Assembly (NCBI GenBank): GCA_964016885.1
Contig: OZ024756.1
Location: 34,968,001 to 35,032,000, forward strand
Source: Eledone cirrhosa
Lineage: Eukaryota
Direction of reading: 5' to 3'
DNA: 64,000 nucleotides
Positions 1 to 12,280 of the stretch are shown here, piece by piece. Under the pieces are notes generated by a model. That model was not told the DNA's origin, did no database searches, and saw only the letters and a list, made by a program, of their open reading frames with translations. The position numbers were made by a program, and so were the translations under genes. The first letter of the stretch is position 1, and each line of letters starts with the position of its first letter.

Positions 1-304
1 AGACAGCTGACAGGCAGCAACAACTTCACTGCATCTCTTCAGTTGCTATGGACAATGGCAACAACAACAACAGCAGCAACAGTAGAATCAAACACAACAA
101 CCTCCTTAGAATCCATATGATTTCATTCTGGACAACAAGAGAAAGAAAGGAGGCTATAGTTCCATTCCTCCTCTTATGTTGCTAATCAAGAGGCTGTCCT
201 CTCTTGTAAGAAAACTTTCTACTCCAGTAGTTTCTTTCTTTAAACATCTGTCTTATGGAACTCTCTTCCTAACGGTTTCCCTCACATGCACTAATATACA
301 TACA

Positions 305-407
305 CACAGGGTGTCCCAAAAATGCATACATACTTTGATTACCTGTACAGGCAATATTTATTAGAATGCTGCTGAAGTGTGTATACATTTTTGGGGGACA
401 CTCTGTA
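305..407. mobile_element. Tc1/mariner-type MITE
   Basis: Imperfect TIRs CAGGGTGTCCCAAAAATGCATACA / TGTATACATTTTTGGGGGACACTCTG, with TA on the right flank; related copy at 4753-4832. Confidence 0.65.
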
Positions 408-946
408 TACACACACACTGGAGTAGCTACAACATCATCCAGCTTCTTCTGATGGCTGTATGGATAATGAAAAGAAAGACTGTGCTACAAAATAGGCCAT
501 GACACTTGGACCTTCTTGAGTAGAATCAATGCTACATGGAGGGTGGGATACTGTTCAAGTGTGTGAGTGTGTCAAAATCATTTAGATTTCTAGCTAACAG
601 CTGATGAAGGGATGTCTCACAGTGCAAGCTGTATGTAAAATATGTATGCATGTGTGTTGATTAAATTTACCCCAGTACTTATTTTATCAACCCCGGAAGG
701 CAGAAAGGCATACTTGATATCAAAAACATTTGAAATCAGAATGTAAAGAGTACAAACAAATATTGCAAGACATTTTGTCTGACACCCTAACAATACTGTC
801 AATCCATCAATCCCAGTTCATGACTGGTATTTTATATCAACCATAGAAGACTGAAACACAATGTCAAAGTCAAGATATTGACAGGAATTGAACTCAGAAT
901 CTAATAAACCCATAAATGTAACCAGTGTTAAATGAATTGGAGAAGG

Positions 947-984
<38 letters not shown>

Positions 985-1224
985 AACCATATTGATATTA
1001 ACCCACCCTAGACTAGCCTCTGGTTCTGAGGTGACTAAGATCTATTATAATTTCAAGTAAGAAACCTTTATTAAGTTATGCTCCAAACACCAGCTAAAAT
1101 AAATTTTTATATTTTATGAAATTCTTCATTAACTGTTGATTATCTTCAAATTTAATAGAAACACAACAGGTGGTTACTTTTGGTAGAAATATGGTCTTGA
1201 AAACATTAAGTTATTAATTCCACT

Positions 1225-1390
1225 GCAATGTAAATAGTGTTAAGTGAACTTGTGAGGTTTTAGAGTAATATTTTAGGTTATGTTGCAATGTAACTAGTGT
1301 TAGGTGAACTTGTGAGGTTTTAGAGTAATATTTTAGGTTATGTTGCAATGTAACTAGTGTTAGGTGAATTTGTGAGGTTTTAGAGTAAGT
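1225..1390. repeat. 60-bp tandem repeat (~3 copies) just downstream of Cbl exon 5
   Basis: TGCAATGTAACTAGTGTTAGGTGAACTTGTGAGGTTTTAGAGTAA... repeated at 60-bp spacing. Confidence 0.85.
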
Positions 1391-1422
1391 AATAAAACAA
1401 TTATAATACATGCCTGCCCTAC

Positions 1423-1642
1423 CTGCCACTGGTTAAGACAAGGGGTACAAAGTAGGTGACCACAAGGTTCAATGCGGATGTCCTTATCATTTTCAGCACA
1501 TATTTTGCACAGCTGGAAAGTAGAGCCCATCTCACAGTAGAGTTCGTATTGCTCCTGAGTAACTTTTATATGGTCCTCCTGACAGTCCTGTACGAGGAAA
1601 CTTAAGTCTGGATTGATACTCCGACCATCGGGATAGAGGAAG
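1423..1642 (-). CDS. CBL: Cbl coding exon 5 (linker helix and RING finger); not in the ORF track
   Basis: cattgtag|C TTC CTC... gives [73 protein letters not shown]; donor CAG|GTAGGG; both linker tyrosines and the RING Cys/His residues present; 220 nt. The next exon was not found in 1-1422. Confidence 0.96.
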
Positions 1643-2121
1643 CTACAATGTTAAACAGAAGTACTGTGGTTGTTAAGTGGTACCCTAATTAATTACAGAT
1701 ATATTAATTACACATATACATGGAGGATGTAAAGTTGAGCTCAGCAGCAGGTGCGCAATTGAGGTTTTCTATACGGGCCTCAGACCATTTAAAATGTTTA
1801 TATCTAAAATATATAATATAAATGTTGACCATTTAGGTGTTCTCTGTGGATTTCAGGCCTTTTCACATGTTTATTTGTAAGATATAATATACATGTGGGC
1901 CATTGAGGAGCTCTCTGTGGGCCTCAATATTTTTAAAAGTTTAAATGTAAGATATGATACAATATATAAGAGGTTATCTTGTCCTTGACACATACACACA
2001 TATATATATATTGGTACAACAATGCTTCATAAAGCCAGGCTCATAGGCACCTAACAACAACTAGACAACAGTAAGGACAACAGACAAACAACAACATTGG
2101 TGGTGGTGAAATTATACTTAC

Positions 2122-2259
2122 AAGCTTTCTCTTTGCCCATCAAGTAAAGCTTGACAGAGAGATTTATTTTGTGGAATAGTTTGTAAAATTTGGCCATCTG
2201 TGGTTACATATCCTATAGCCCACTGGCCAAGACGTGTGCAGCTCAATCGGAATACATAA
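2122..2259 (-). CDS. CBL: Cbl coding exon 4 (SH2-like domain); not in the ORF track
   Basis: Translated by hand: ttttcag|T TAT GTA... gives (S)[45 protein letters not shown](F); donor TT|GTAAGT; 138 nt. Confidence 0.96.
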
Positions 2260-2320
2260 CTGAAAACAGAGAGAGAGGGAGAGATTACTCATAAGTCTTA
2301 AATGGAACAAACCATATATA

Positions 2321-2379
<59 letters not shown>

Positions 2380-2562
2380 AGTGAAAGCTTAGTAAAATCG
2401 AAGCTTTGGCTATGGCCAAGCTAACGACCTACAATTAGGAATGTGCAGCAAAGCACTCAATAAGGTTGCAGGCCTTAGAGTAATAACATACGTTTAGACA
2501 GCTTATATATATATATATATATATATATATTGATTTCTTACAAAAGGATCATCAAGCAAAAC

Positions 2563-2617
2563 TGTCTTGTCTGATGATCTTGTGAGTACACAGGTGAAAC
2601 TCCAGAATAACAAGACA
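2563..2617 (+). ncRNA. Minimal type-I hammerhead ribozyme motif (Penelope-like element type)
   Basis: Stem I TGTCTTGT/ACAAGACA; core CTGATGA; stem II CTTGTG-agta-CACAGG; GAAA; short stem III with one mismatch; TA cleavage site; AATAAA follows. Confidence 0.7.
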
Positions 2618-3173
2618 CATCACTTAGCCTTAATAAAGAATATTCAAACTCTACTTCGATAGTGAGTACTCATTCTCACTTCCAGTAAACATCACATGTG
2701 TGTGTGTATACACATATACATATATATACACACACACACACACACACCTACTCAAAGTCCAGCAGGAAAAAAAACGGATGTTTGATAGTGATGATATGTG
2801 TATAATAAAGTGGCAGAGGTGGTGGTGGTGGCAGTAGTGTTGGTAGTGGCAGTGAGTGGTGTAGATGAGGTGGTGGTGATAGTGGTGATGGCAGTGACAG
2901 TTGTTATAGATGAGGAGGTTGTAGTGGTGGTGATGGTGATAATGACGATGGTTACATTGGCAAAATGCTGTTCTAACAACATTAGCAGCAGTTTAATTAA
3001 ACAATCTTCACAAATAAATCATTTAATGAGGCTAGCAACTAATTAATAACAGACTATTACATAGGTTCCATCCTGTGTTACTCCCTACATTCTTGGGTCA
3101 GTTCAGTTTACATAAACCTACATTAAACTACGTCATGAAACTGATCAGAGATAACCAAGTGAATAACTTACAT

Positions 3174-3468
3174 CAGAGGTTCTCAAACTTTTGGGGCCAC
3201 GTAATACCCCACCCCCAACCCTATTTCCAGAGAGACCTGCCTACATGCAAATTGTAAATATATAATATATAAAATCGTTAATTTATATATAATAAATAAT
3301 ATAATATATACTATGTATGAATAAATATTATATATTTTTTATTTTACTATATTTATATATATATATATAATCATTGGATATTTAATATATTATTATATCA
3401 TCTCTACCGACCCCCCTCAGGCCCTAGTGCCCCCTGGGGAGCAGTTGTACCCACTTTCAGAACCTCTG
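3174..3468. mobile_element. hAT-type MITE with 8-bp target-site duplication
   Basis: TIRs CAGAGGTTCT.../...AGAACCTCTG; identical 8-bp flanks ACTTACAT at 3166-3173 and 3469-3476. Confidence 0.85.
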
Positions 3469-4074
3469 ACTTACATGATCAAGGGTCGAAAGTTCAAATC
3501 CACTTCTGGCATTCCATTATATTTTTAGCCAGGACACTTTATTCCACATAACCTCAGTTCACTCAGATGTAAGAAGGAACATGTTCTTTGTTATTTTTTT
3601 ATTTTGTAATTTTCAATTAATGAAGAGGTGCTTGGATGAGGAATAAGATGAGGGAAGGGGGGGGGGGGCATATAAAACGTATTTAATGTTTTTTCTCCCA
3701 CACACCACCATCATACACACTTTCCTTGATATAAAAATGTTTAATTGTTTAAAAAAAATAAGATATGTCAAATTTAGAAAAAAATTACCCCCCCCCCCCC
3801 AATTATTCAAATTCCTCCCCGTGGGGGGGTGAATACCCCCCACCCCCCACACACACACATCCACATTGAAAATCACAAGTTTAAAGGTTGGTTGTGGTAG
3901 TAGGACTGAAGAGAGGCAGTATGAGGTATGGAGACATTACAATACTACAGGAGTGTACAGTCAACTCTGGTATTGAATGGGTTAAAGGTGATGAAATATG
4001 AAACCTTTCTGTTGCTCTTTGAATTCAAAATAGAAACTGGATCACCACCACCAATAAAAACAAGGAAAGGATCA

Positions 4075-4312
4075 CCGGATCAAATCAAACAATGTTTCTA
4101 CTGATCTTTCTATTGCTGGTAATAACTACTGATCATCAGATCAGACCAAACAAACAATGTTTTTATTAGTCTTTCCATTTCTGATACTATCTGTTGATCA
4201 TCAGATCAGACCAAACAAACAATGTTTCTATTAGTCTTTCCACTTCTGATACTATCTGCTGATCATCAGATCAAACCAAATAAACAATGTTTCTATTAGT
4301 CTTTCCATTTCT
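4075..4312. repeat. ~65-bp tandem repeat (~4 copies)
   Basis: GATCATCAGATCAGACCAAACAAACAATGTTTCTATTAGTCTTTCCA... repeated. Confidence 0.8.
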
Positions 4313-4752
4313 CATATCTGTCACTCAACTCCTGGCAGGACATCAAACCCCACTGAAGTCAATTCCATCTTCCATATTTTAGAAGTTGATAAAGTACAAG
4401 TCAAAGAGCAATGGATTGGCACAATTGTTAAATGATTAGACAGAAAGATTGCTTTGCAGTCAGTATTTAAGCTGGCTGTGTGCATTCTGAGTTCAAATCA
4501 CACCTCCTTCTGCCAGGAGTTGTGACTGGCAGATAAAAAAAAGACCAATAATAACATTGTTTCCTTAGTCTGAACTGATGATTAGCTCCTTTCATCCCTT
4601 TCTACTTTTCCACAACTCCCAACCCAACAGATGCAAGTTTGGATTGAAAATAGAAAACTTGAAAACAATGTAATGAACATTCAACTTATAAAAACCTTGT
4701 TTTAATCCCAACAATAAACTTGTTTTCTTTTCTGGTCTGAATAATATCAGAC

Positions 4753-4832
4753 TACAGGGGGTTCCACAAAAATGTATACACACTTCAACAGCATTCTAAT
4801 TAAAGTGTGTATACATTTTTGGAACACCCTGC
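4753..4832. mobile_element. Tc1/mariner-type MITE (internally deleted relative of 305-407)
   Basis: TACAGGGGGTTCCACAAAAATGTATACACACTT...AAGTGTGTATACATTTTTGGAACACCCTG. Confidence 0.6.
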
Positions 4833-5070
4833 ATATTAAATATCAAATTATATTAAATATCAGACTGTATTAAATAGAGAGTAGGTCAGTAGAATGTAGA
4901 CATTCTATTGGGAAGTATGTAGAACAATATTATTATAGTGATGGGGATTAATTTTTAACATCCTGTAATGATTTAGCAGAAAATATCTAAAAATGGGCTT
5001 GTCAATTCAAATGTTTATAGTAGACATATTGTTGCGAAAATTTGTAGTAAACAAAAGTAGACTTTAATGT

Positions 5071-5281
5071 TTAACCCTTTAACATTTACATTAGTCTTTA
5101 TATACTATTGTATTTTCATGGTAAAGGCTTTACCTCACATAATTATTTCACATAATTTCGAATCTATGAGATTTTGATATTATTTATTTTGAGAACAATA
5201 CCTTAACATCAGAATGAGCAGCTGGTTACAACCAGTTTGAATGGAGAAAGGATGCAGTCAGTTTAAATGCTAAAGGGTTAA
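5071..5281 (+). mobile_element. piggyBac-type MITE family A
   Basis: TTAA|CCCTTTAACATTTA ... TAAATGCTAAAGGG|TTAA; TTAA TSD and CCC/GGG ends. Confidence 0.8.
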
Positions 5282-5305
5282 TGCAATGCAGTTTCATATG
5301 GTTTG

Positions 5306-5523
5306 TTAACACTTTAGCATTTACATTACTCTATGTATTTACTATTGTAATTTCATGGTAAACACTTTATCTCACATAATATCGAATCTACGAGATTTTG
5401 ATATTATTTATTTTGAGAACAATACCTTAACATAAGTATGAGCAGCCAGTTACGGCCAGTTTGAACAGAAAGGGGTAAGAGAATTCTGGCCGGATATGGC
5501 CAATTTAAATGCTAATGGGTTAA
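5306..5523 (+). mobile_element. piggyBac-type MITE family A (adjacent second copy)
   Basis: Same internal sequence; TTAA-flanked, slightly degenerate TIRs. Confidence 0.75.
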
Positions 5524-6839
5524 TTCAAATGTGTATAGTATCTTTATTGGTGGTCAGATTGTTATGAAAATTTGCAATCAACTAACAAAAAGACTTTGAT
5601 ATTTAATGTGATGCAGTCACAGTGCTGTTTGCTATTTTCGAAGTATATCTTCTTAATGTGGTTTCATGTGGCACAGAATTAACCCAGATATGGTAAGTAG
5701 TTGTACTAGAATTAACACTAGTAATATAAGAACTGATGATTAACTGTGATATGATGTACAGACAAAGATCTACTAAGTTGATAGACATCTCAAGTACTCT
5801 CAGTCTGTCTATGCTCATGTCTCTCTATGTCTCTCTCTGTCTGTCTGTCTTTATCTCTTTCATGTCCATGTATGTACGTTAAGTACATGTCTCTCTCTCT
5901 CTGTACTAGAGTCAGAATAGTGACAAGAAACACTAGTCTAAACAATCAAGTCTTTAATTACACTGAACTAAAAACAATGACTTTGTTCATAAAGTATCTC
6001 CTTCCTCATCATTACATAAATGGTTTTCACTTCTTCTGACAGTTATCTTTTCTATTGTCTTGTTATCAATGTTGCTGTTGTTGTTGTCATTGCCAGTCAT
6101 CCAGCCAACCAGCTAACCAACCAACCAACCAACCAACCAACCAACCAACCATGTAATTAGTTATCCAACCATCGAACCAACCAATCAATCAGTCATCCAA
6201 CTATCCATCCATCAAACCAATCAATCAGCCATCCAACCATTGAACAAACCAGCCAAAGCTCTTTCTAAGTGTTTTGCTAATCAACCCATACTTGCTAAAT
6301 AACAACAACAATAACTACTATAACAATACTAGCTGCCAACACAGACATAGAGAAATTACTAATTTAACTCATATTATGGCACAGTTTCTACAGCAGCATG
6401 TCCTCCCTATCACCATCCACCTTACAGGCTGTACTGGATGCATTTTTCCGGGTACCAGCATAAGAGAGGTTGTCAGTCATTGCTTCAAATATATAGTTCT
6501 CTCTACCCTACTGGGTAATAAGTATGATGTCATGGGTGTAGGAGTGTGGCAGGATTTAACAGGGTAGTAAGTGGGATTGAGGGTTTACTGTGATGTTAAC
6601 AGCTACTAGGGCATTATGATGGTATGTCAGGATTTTCAGATGTGGGTGAAGTGCTATGAGACTAACTGGGCAGATACGTACAGTGATGGTTAGAAATAGC
6701 TACTAAGGAGCATGGATAGGGTGGGGTGTACAGTGATGGCTACGATAGCCACTAAGGAGTTCTAGTAGAAGGGAGGAGGGCATATGGAAGGGTCAGGTCC
6801 CATTTATGCTGGTAGGTGGGGGTTTTCTCCAGTATAATC

Positions 6840-6965
6840 ATGTTGCTATTTCTCACAGTCCTTTGTCATATGAGTCAGGAAGTTCAGCTTCTTTAAGGTC
6901 AATCTTCTTCACAACCTCATCCCATGTCTTCCTGGGTCTACTACCTCTTCCATGAGTCTCAGTCA
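6840..6965 (-). mobile_element. RTE-type LINE 3' coding remnant
   Basis: Minus-strand translation ETHGRGSRPRKTWDEVVKKIDLK resembles the RTE C-terminal GRPRKTW motif. Confidence 0.55.
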
Positions 6966-7212
6966 CTGAAATTTCTCTGCACCATGTCTGAGTGTCTGTG
7001 TGCATGTGTGCGTGTATGCCGTGAATGATTCTCCATCACCATTTTACATCCATTTTTCATGTTGAACAATAGATAAGTACTGAGGTTGATACAGTTAACT
7101 ATAAAAGTCCCTTTAAAGCAGTGCCCTAGTATGGCCACAGTCTAATGACTGAAACCAAACCAGTCAAGAAAGTATGAAGACCACAAGATCAATGCATTGA
7201 TTTCTGACTTAC

Positions 7213-7344
7213 CTGCCGGGTTTAGTTACATATTTCTGCAGACGTACTTTCACCTCATCATACGTAAGGAATGCTACATAGCCTGGATGTGTTACTGCAA
7301 GTACATTCCAATTCCGCAACAAATTTGTCCATGGCTGGAATAAT
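7213..7344 (-). CDS. CBL: Cbl coding exon 3 (EF-hand/SH2-like)
   Basis: ttccag|A TTA TTC CAG... gives (R)[43 protein letters not shown](S); donor AG|GTAAGT; 132 nt. Confidence 0.97.
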
Positions 7345-8519
7345 CTGGAAATACAAGAAACGGTCAGTGGATACAACCATATGATCCTCAATGCTGCAGA
7401 ACATTGGCAAAAACTCTTTTTTTCTGCCTCTCCTCTTGCTAAATACACATGTGATATAACTATAAATACATAGGGCATCCAGCTGTAAAATACTGTCCCA
7501 AAATAAACCCCAGAGTCAATATAAAATATATCGTGAGACATGCTATGGTAGAAAAAATGGCCTTCAAACACTTGTGTACAAACACACATACATATACACA
7601 TATACATACATAAAAACACATACATACAAAAAAGAATTCCTTCCTAAAATCTACCAGTGATAAAAGACTATTTCATTGTTAGCCTCCATACCTACATCAT
7701 CCACTTCACTTTATCATAGCAAACTCTTCTACTTTCCTCCAAGACTATTTCACTGCCTACCTGATACCTCCACCTAAGCTCACCACACCTCACCTTCCTC
7801 CAAGACTATATCACTACCTGCCTTATACCTCTACAACAGTCACTTAAGCTCACCACCTTTCTCCAAGACTATTTCCCTGCCTATCTGATACCTCCATGAC
7901 ATTCACCTCAGTTCACCTTCCTCCAAGACTATTTATTTCACTGCCTATCTGATACTTCCTCTACGTCCACATCACCCACACTCCACACACCTGTTTGTGA
8001 TAGTAAACCTATTCGGCTTCCCCCAACACTTGGTGGCAATGGAAGAAAAAGCAGCAGGAAGTATAACCGAGGTGAATGAATTCTGTGAGATTATTGATGA
8101 AAGCCCAACTGGTATTGGATAGCAGCAAAGTGGGTGGTTGTGTGTGTTGCAGTGTTGTGGCTTTACAGTTATATGACTTGGCTGGCATGATAAACACTGC
8201 AGTGTATATGGCAGTGTTGTTATGACATGATATACACTGTATTGTCTGTGGCAGTGTTGCTATGACAAATGAGATAATGAGATCGAGATCGTGTAGGTGT
8301 CACAACAAAAAAACACACAGTCCACGCTGTAATGTGGCCGTGTAGGTAACACGGTAAAAAGTTCCCAGTTCCACACTGTAAATGTGGTTGGTGTTAGGAA
8401 GGGCATCCAGCCGTAGAAAACCTGCCAGATAGTCCTATATGAGCGAGACACAGTTGCCTCAACCATGCCTCAAGTGGAACAACTCCCGTCTAACCCATGC
8501 TAGCGTGGAAGATGGACGT

Positions 8520-8810
8520 TAAACGATGATGATGATACACTGTAGTGTCTGTGGTAGTGTTGTTATAACAAAATATACACTGTAGTGTCTGTGGCAGTGT
8601 TGTTATAACAAAATATACACTGTACTGTCTATGGCAGTGTTGTTATGACAAAATATACACTGTAGTGTCTGTGGCAGTGTTGTTATAACAAAATATACAC
8701 TGTAGTGTCTATGGCAGTGTTGTTATGACAAAATTTACACTGTAGTGTCTATAGCAGTGTTGTTATGACAAAATATACACTGTAGTGTCTGTGGCAGTGT
8801 TGTTGAACAT
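8520..8810. repeat. ~40-bp tandem repeat
   Basis: ATACACTGTAGTGTCTGTGGCAGTGTTGTTATAACAAAAT repeated ~7 times; more diverged copies at 8190-8260 on the other side of a SINE (~8340-8535). Confidence 0.85.
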
Positions 8811-9023
8811 TAGCAATATATACCATACTTAAAAAAAAAAAATCTGTGTGGGTTGGTGTCCAGAAGAGCATCCAATCAGAGGAACTTCTCCAGAAAAAAT
8901 GTGTTGATCACATGCAAGCATGGGACATGTAGAGATGATATTAATGATAAATACATATTACTATATGTTTTTTTTTTCTTGTTTTTTAAATGGTGTGAAT
9001 AGAAACATGTTTATCGCAACTGT

Positions 9024-9073
<50 letters not shown>

Positions 9074-10254
9074 TATAACACAAACACACACATATTATAT
9101 ATACAAAAAACACACAAAAATGTGGTCATGTGTAGTGTGATGGTTGTGTTGATGTGTAGTGAGGTGGTATGTAGGGTGGTGGCATGTTATGTGGTGATGA
9201 TGGTGTGTAGTGTAATATTAGTGGTGGTGTTGTGCTGTATAATGGTAGTGGTGGTGGTGTTGTGCTGAATAATGTTGGAGGTGGTGCTGTTGTAGTAAGA
9301 TTATGGTCAATGTAGTTTAATGGTAGTGATGGTGCGGTGCAATGTTGGTGGTGTTGTAGCTGTGTAATGGTGTTGGTGGTCGGTGGTGGAGGTGAGATAT
9401 GGTGATGTCAATCAACACCATTCATTCAGCTTTTGGAGAACATCTTTCTTGTTCTTACTTACTGTCAGCTTCCTTATCTCCTCTCTCTACTCCTCACCCT
9501 CTCTCTTGTTGTCTGTATATCTAACAATCTAATCTCTCTACCACTCCTTTATGTCTATCTAAACTCTCTACCTCTTCCCTCTTCTCCATCTCTATCTACC
9601 TATCTATCTAATCTCTGTCTGTCTACACCACATTCTCTCTCTCTCTCTCTGTCCATTTATCTACACTACATTCTCTCTCTCTCTCTCTCTCTCTCTGTAC
9701 ACTGGAAGAATTGTCTCAGTGAAGGTGTGTGAGGGGGTGAGGGCAAAAGGTAGAACTGACAAAACCAATGGTTTCTAAACATAGTTTGTTGAGGAACACT
9801 TGTATGATTTTCCAAAACCATCAACAGAACCCATTTCTATATTTTACAGACAATTCACATCACCCTAATTTAAATAAAACATTAAAACACTGTCAATGGT
9901 TTTCTAATAATTTAGAAGGGTTTGTTAATATAACTAACTTTCTCATTATTAAACTGGTGTTTGGAATACAATTTAAAGGTTCTTACATAAAATTATGATG
10001 GAAGGTTTTTAGATAAATACAAAACATTTTAACAGTTTTGTATCAGAGAACCAAGGGTAGTTTAAAGTTGGGTTAGTTTCTGGCAGTTTGGTATCAAAAG
10101 GGTTAATAAGACATGAACCCTTTCATTACCATATTTACAATGAGAGAGATGAAAAAGCAACTGAGTAAAGAAGTTATAAGATAGTTGCAGCCACATAGTT
10201 TCAGGTTCAATACCTTGGACAGTTTTGGGATGTAAGTATTTACACATAAAAGAG

Positions 10255-10352
10255 TCACATATCTGAGTGAGGAGCTATCGATTACAGAGTCCAGCCCGAT
10301 CGTGATCAATCGTGCCCTGAGCTGATCAATAATGAATCATGTGTTATGTGGG
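10255..10352 (+). ncRNA. Degenerate hammerhead-like motif with long stem II (homolog of 35069-35162)
   Basis: TCACATAT-CTGAG(TGA)GGAGCTATCGATT...GATCAATAAT-GAAT-CATGTG-TT-ATGTG, then AATAAA. Confidence 0.4.
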
Positions 10353-10617
10353 AATAAAATATGTATATGATGCAATTTTGATACTTTGTTCCAGTCTGCT
10401 TATGATTAACACACTGCATGTTACAGCCACTAATAACAGTTGATAAGATGGGTGTAAAAACCTAGCATCATAACTAGACCCTTGTAATAGCATTAATTGC
10501 TCAAAAATAAGTACTGATTCACTAAATCTCTTCAAGGTAGTGCTGTAGCATAGCCTTAGTTCAAAAGAATTCACTTCTATAGTGTTGTTGGACTTGGCTG
10601 AGTTTCCACAGACATGC

Positions 10618-10813
10618 ACCGGCCATATCCAGCCAGAATTCTCTCACCTCTTTCTGTTCAAACCAGTCATAACCGACTATTCATACTGATGTTAAAGTAT
10701 TGTTTTCAAAATAAATTATATCAAAATCTCATAGATTCAATATTATGTGAGGTAAAGCCTTTACTGCAAAAATATAATAGTAAATATAGAGTAATGTAAA
10801 TGCTAAAGGGTTT
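10618..10813 (-). mobile_element. piggyBac-type MITE family A, inverted partial copy
   Basis: Reverse complement of the 5071-5281 family; ends TAAATGCTAAAGGG. Confidence 0.7.
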
Positions 10814-11393
10814 ATATAATTCTGAGAGAGATTCAGCATAGCACAATGTGTAACAGTGTTGGCTCTTTGAATTACAGGTCTAACTCACTTTTTCCAGCTG
10901 TGTTGACTGAAGCAACATGAAATAAAGTGTCTTGCTCAAGGAAACAATATGCCATATGATAGTGAGCCAAATACCCTAAGCCACGCACCTTCATACTTCC
11001 TCAGTACTGTTGTACCAATCCCACGGAAGAGAAGTATTTTCTCAAACAACTCATGACTATGTTTGGCTTTATAAACCTAGCTAACCCATCCCCAGCACAA
11101 CATACTCACATATTAAACAAAGAAAAATACTGCTTAATATATTTATATTTTTAAAAATAAGAAAAAAAAAAGAAACTGACAGACAAACAGAGGCTGGTAT
11201 TGTTTATGAAACGTTAAAAATGGAAAAGAATCAGTAAAAATCTGAAAATAGTTTATTAAACTAAAGAACTATCTGTAATTAGCAAGAGTTAATTACACTA
11301 TATTATTATAATATAGTTATGGAAATAACTAACATCACCAAAACGGTCAGCTGAAAACTTTAGTTAACTGGGAATGGTAGTTTTATTATTTTG

Positions 11394-11485
<92 letters not shown>

Positions 11486-11900
11486 GAGAGAGAGAGAGAG
11501 AGAGCTAAGTTTCAGCTTGGTTGCTTTCTCTTTCTCTCTCCAATATATATATATAACTATCCCTATCTCTCTCTCTCTTAGGATGATGAAAACTCACTAT
11601 ATAAATGGATTTTCTTTTTTCAGAATCCTTCATTGTGCAGTGTTAGTGTGTGTGTGTGTGTGTGTTATATGAATTAGTTATCCTGTGTATATATGTGTGC
11701 AGTGTAATACAGTTGTGTGTATGTGTGCTGTGTAATCCACAGATGGATGCCTTTCCTAACACGAACCACTTTACAGAGTGTACTGGACACATTTTATTGT
11801 GCCACCAACACCCTAATATCTGAAAAGATGGAATGGTCATAAATGGCACACCCTTGGTCTTACAGACCAGACGAAGCTGAGGCCAGAAAGTTTTGCTTAC

Positions 11901-12047
11901 CTTGTAAACACATCAAATTCAAAAACAGAGATGTAGTCATTACACGTTAAGTCTATGGTAGATTTTAACGCCATTGCTTCCAGTGGGGAGCCGATAGAGT
12001 GAGTTTCATGCAGCGTTACTCGAAATAATTTCCATGGAATAATGGTT
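11901..12047 (-). CDS. CBL: Cbl coding exon 2 (EF-hand)
   Basis: tttcag|A ACC ATT... gives (K)[48 protein letters not shown](R); donor AG|GTAAGC; 147 nt, phases match both neighbours. Confidence 0.97.
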
Positions 12048-12124
12048 CTGAAAGTTGAAGAAGAAAGAATTGTTACAAAATGAAAAGAGTTTTCTCCAAC
12101 ACCAAAAATACAAATAACAACAGT

Positions 12125-12280
12125 AATAATTCTTTCTAATATTGGCACAAGTCCAGAAATTTGGGGGAAGAGAAAAGTCGATTTTATTGACCCCAGTATA
12201 TGACTGGTACTTATTTTATCAACCCCAGAAGGATGAAAGGCAAAGTTGATCTTGGTGAGATTTGAACTCAGAACCCAGAT
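12125..12280 (-). mobile_element. tRNA-derived SINE remnant next to the exon 2 acceptor
   Basis: Minus strand has B-box GAGTTCAAATC and the body CTTTGCCTTTCATCCTTCTGGGGTTGATAAAATAAGTACCAGT shared with the 41.0 and 43.6 kb copies. Confidence 0.75.

Noticed and set aside
595-640. CAGCTGATGAAGGG hammerhead start (similar motif at ~20225, minus strand)
   Set aside because: No downstream GAAA and closing stems could be identified; at most a truncated remnant.
1-1422. Next Cbl exon (end of RING, GCPFCR motif)
   Set aside because: Not found on the minus strand here; presumably lies beyond the left edge of the window.
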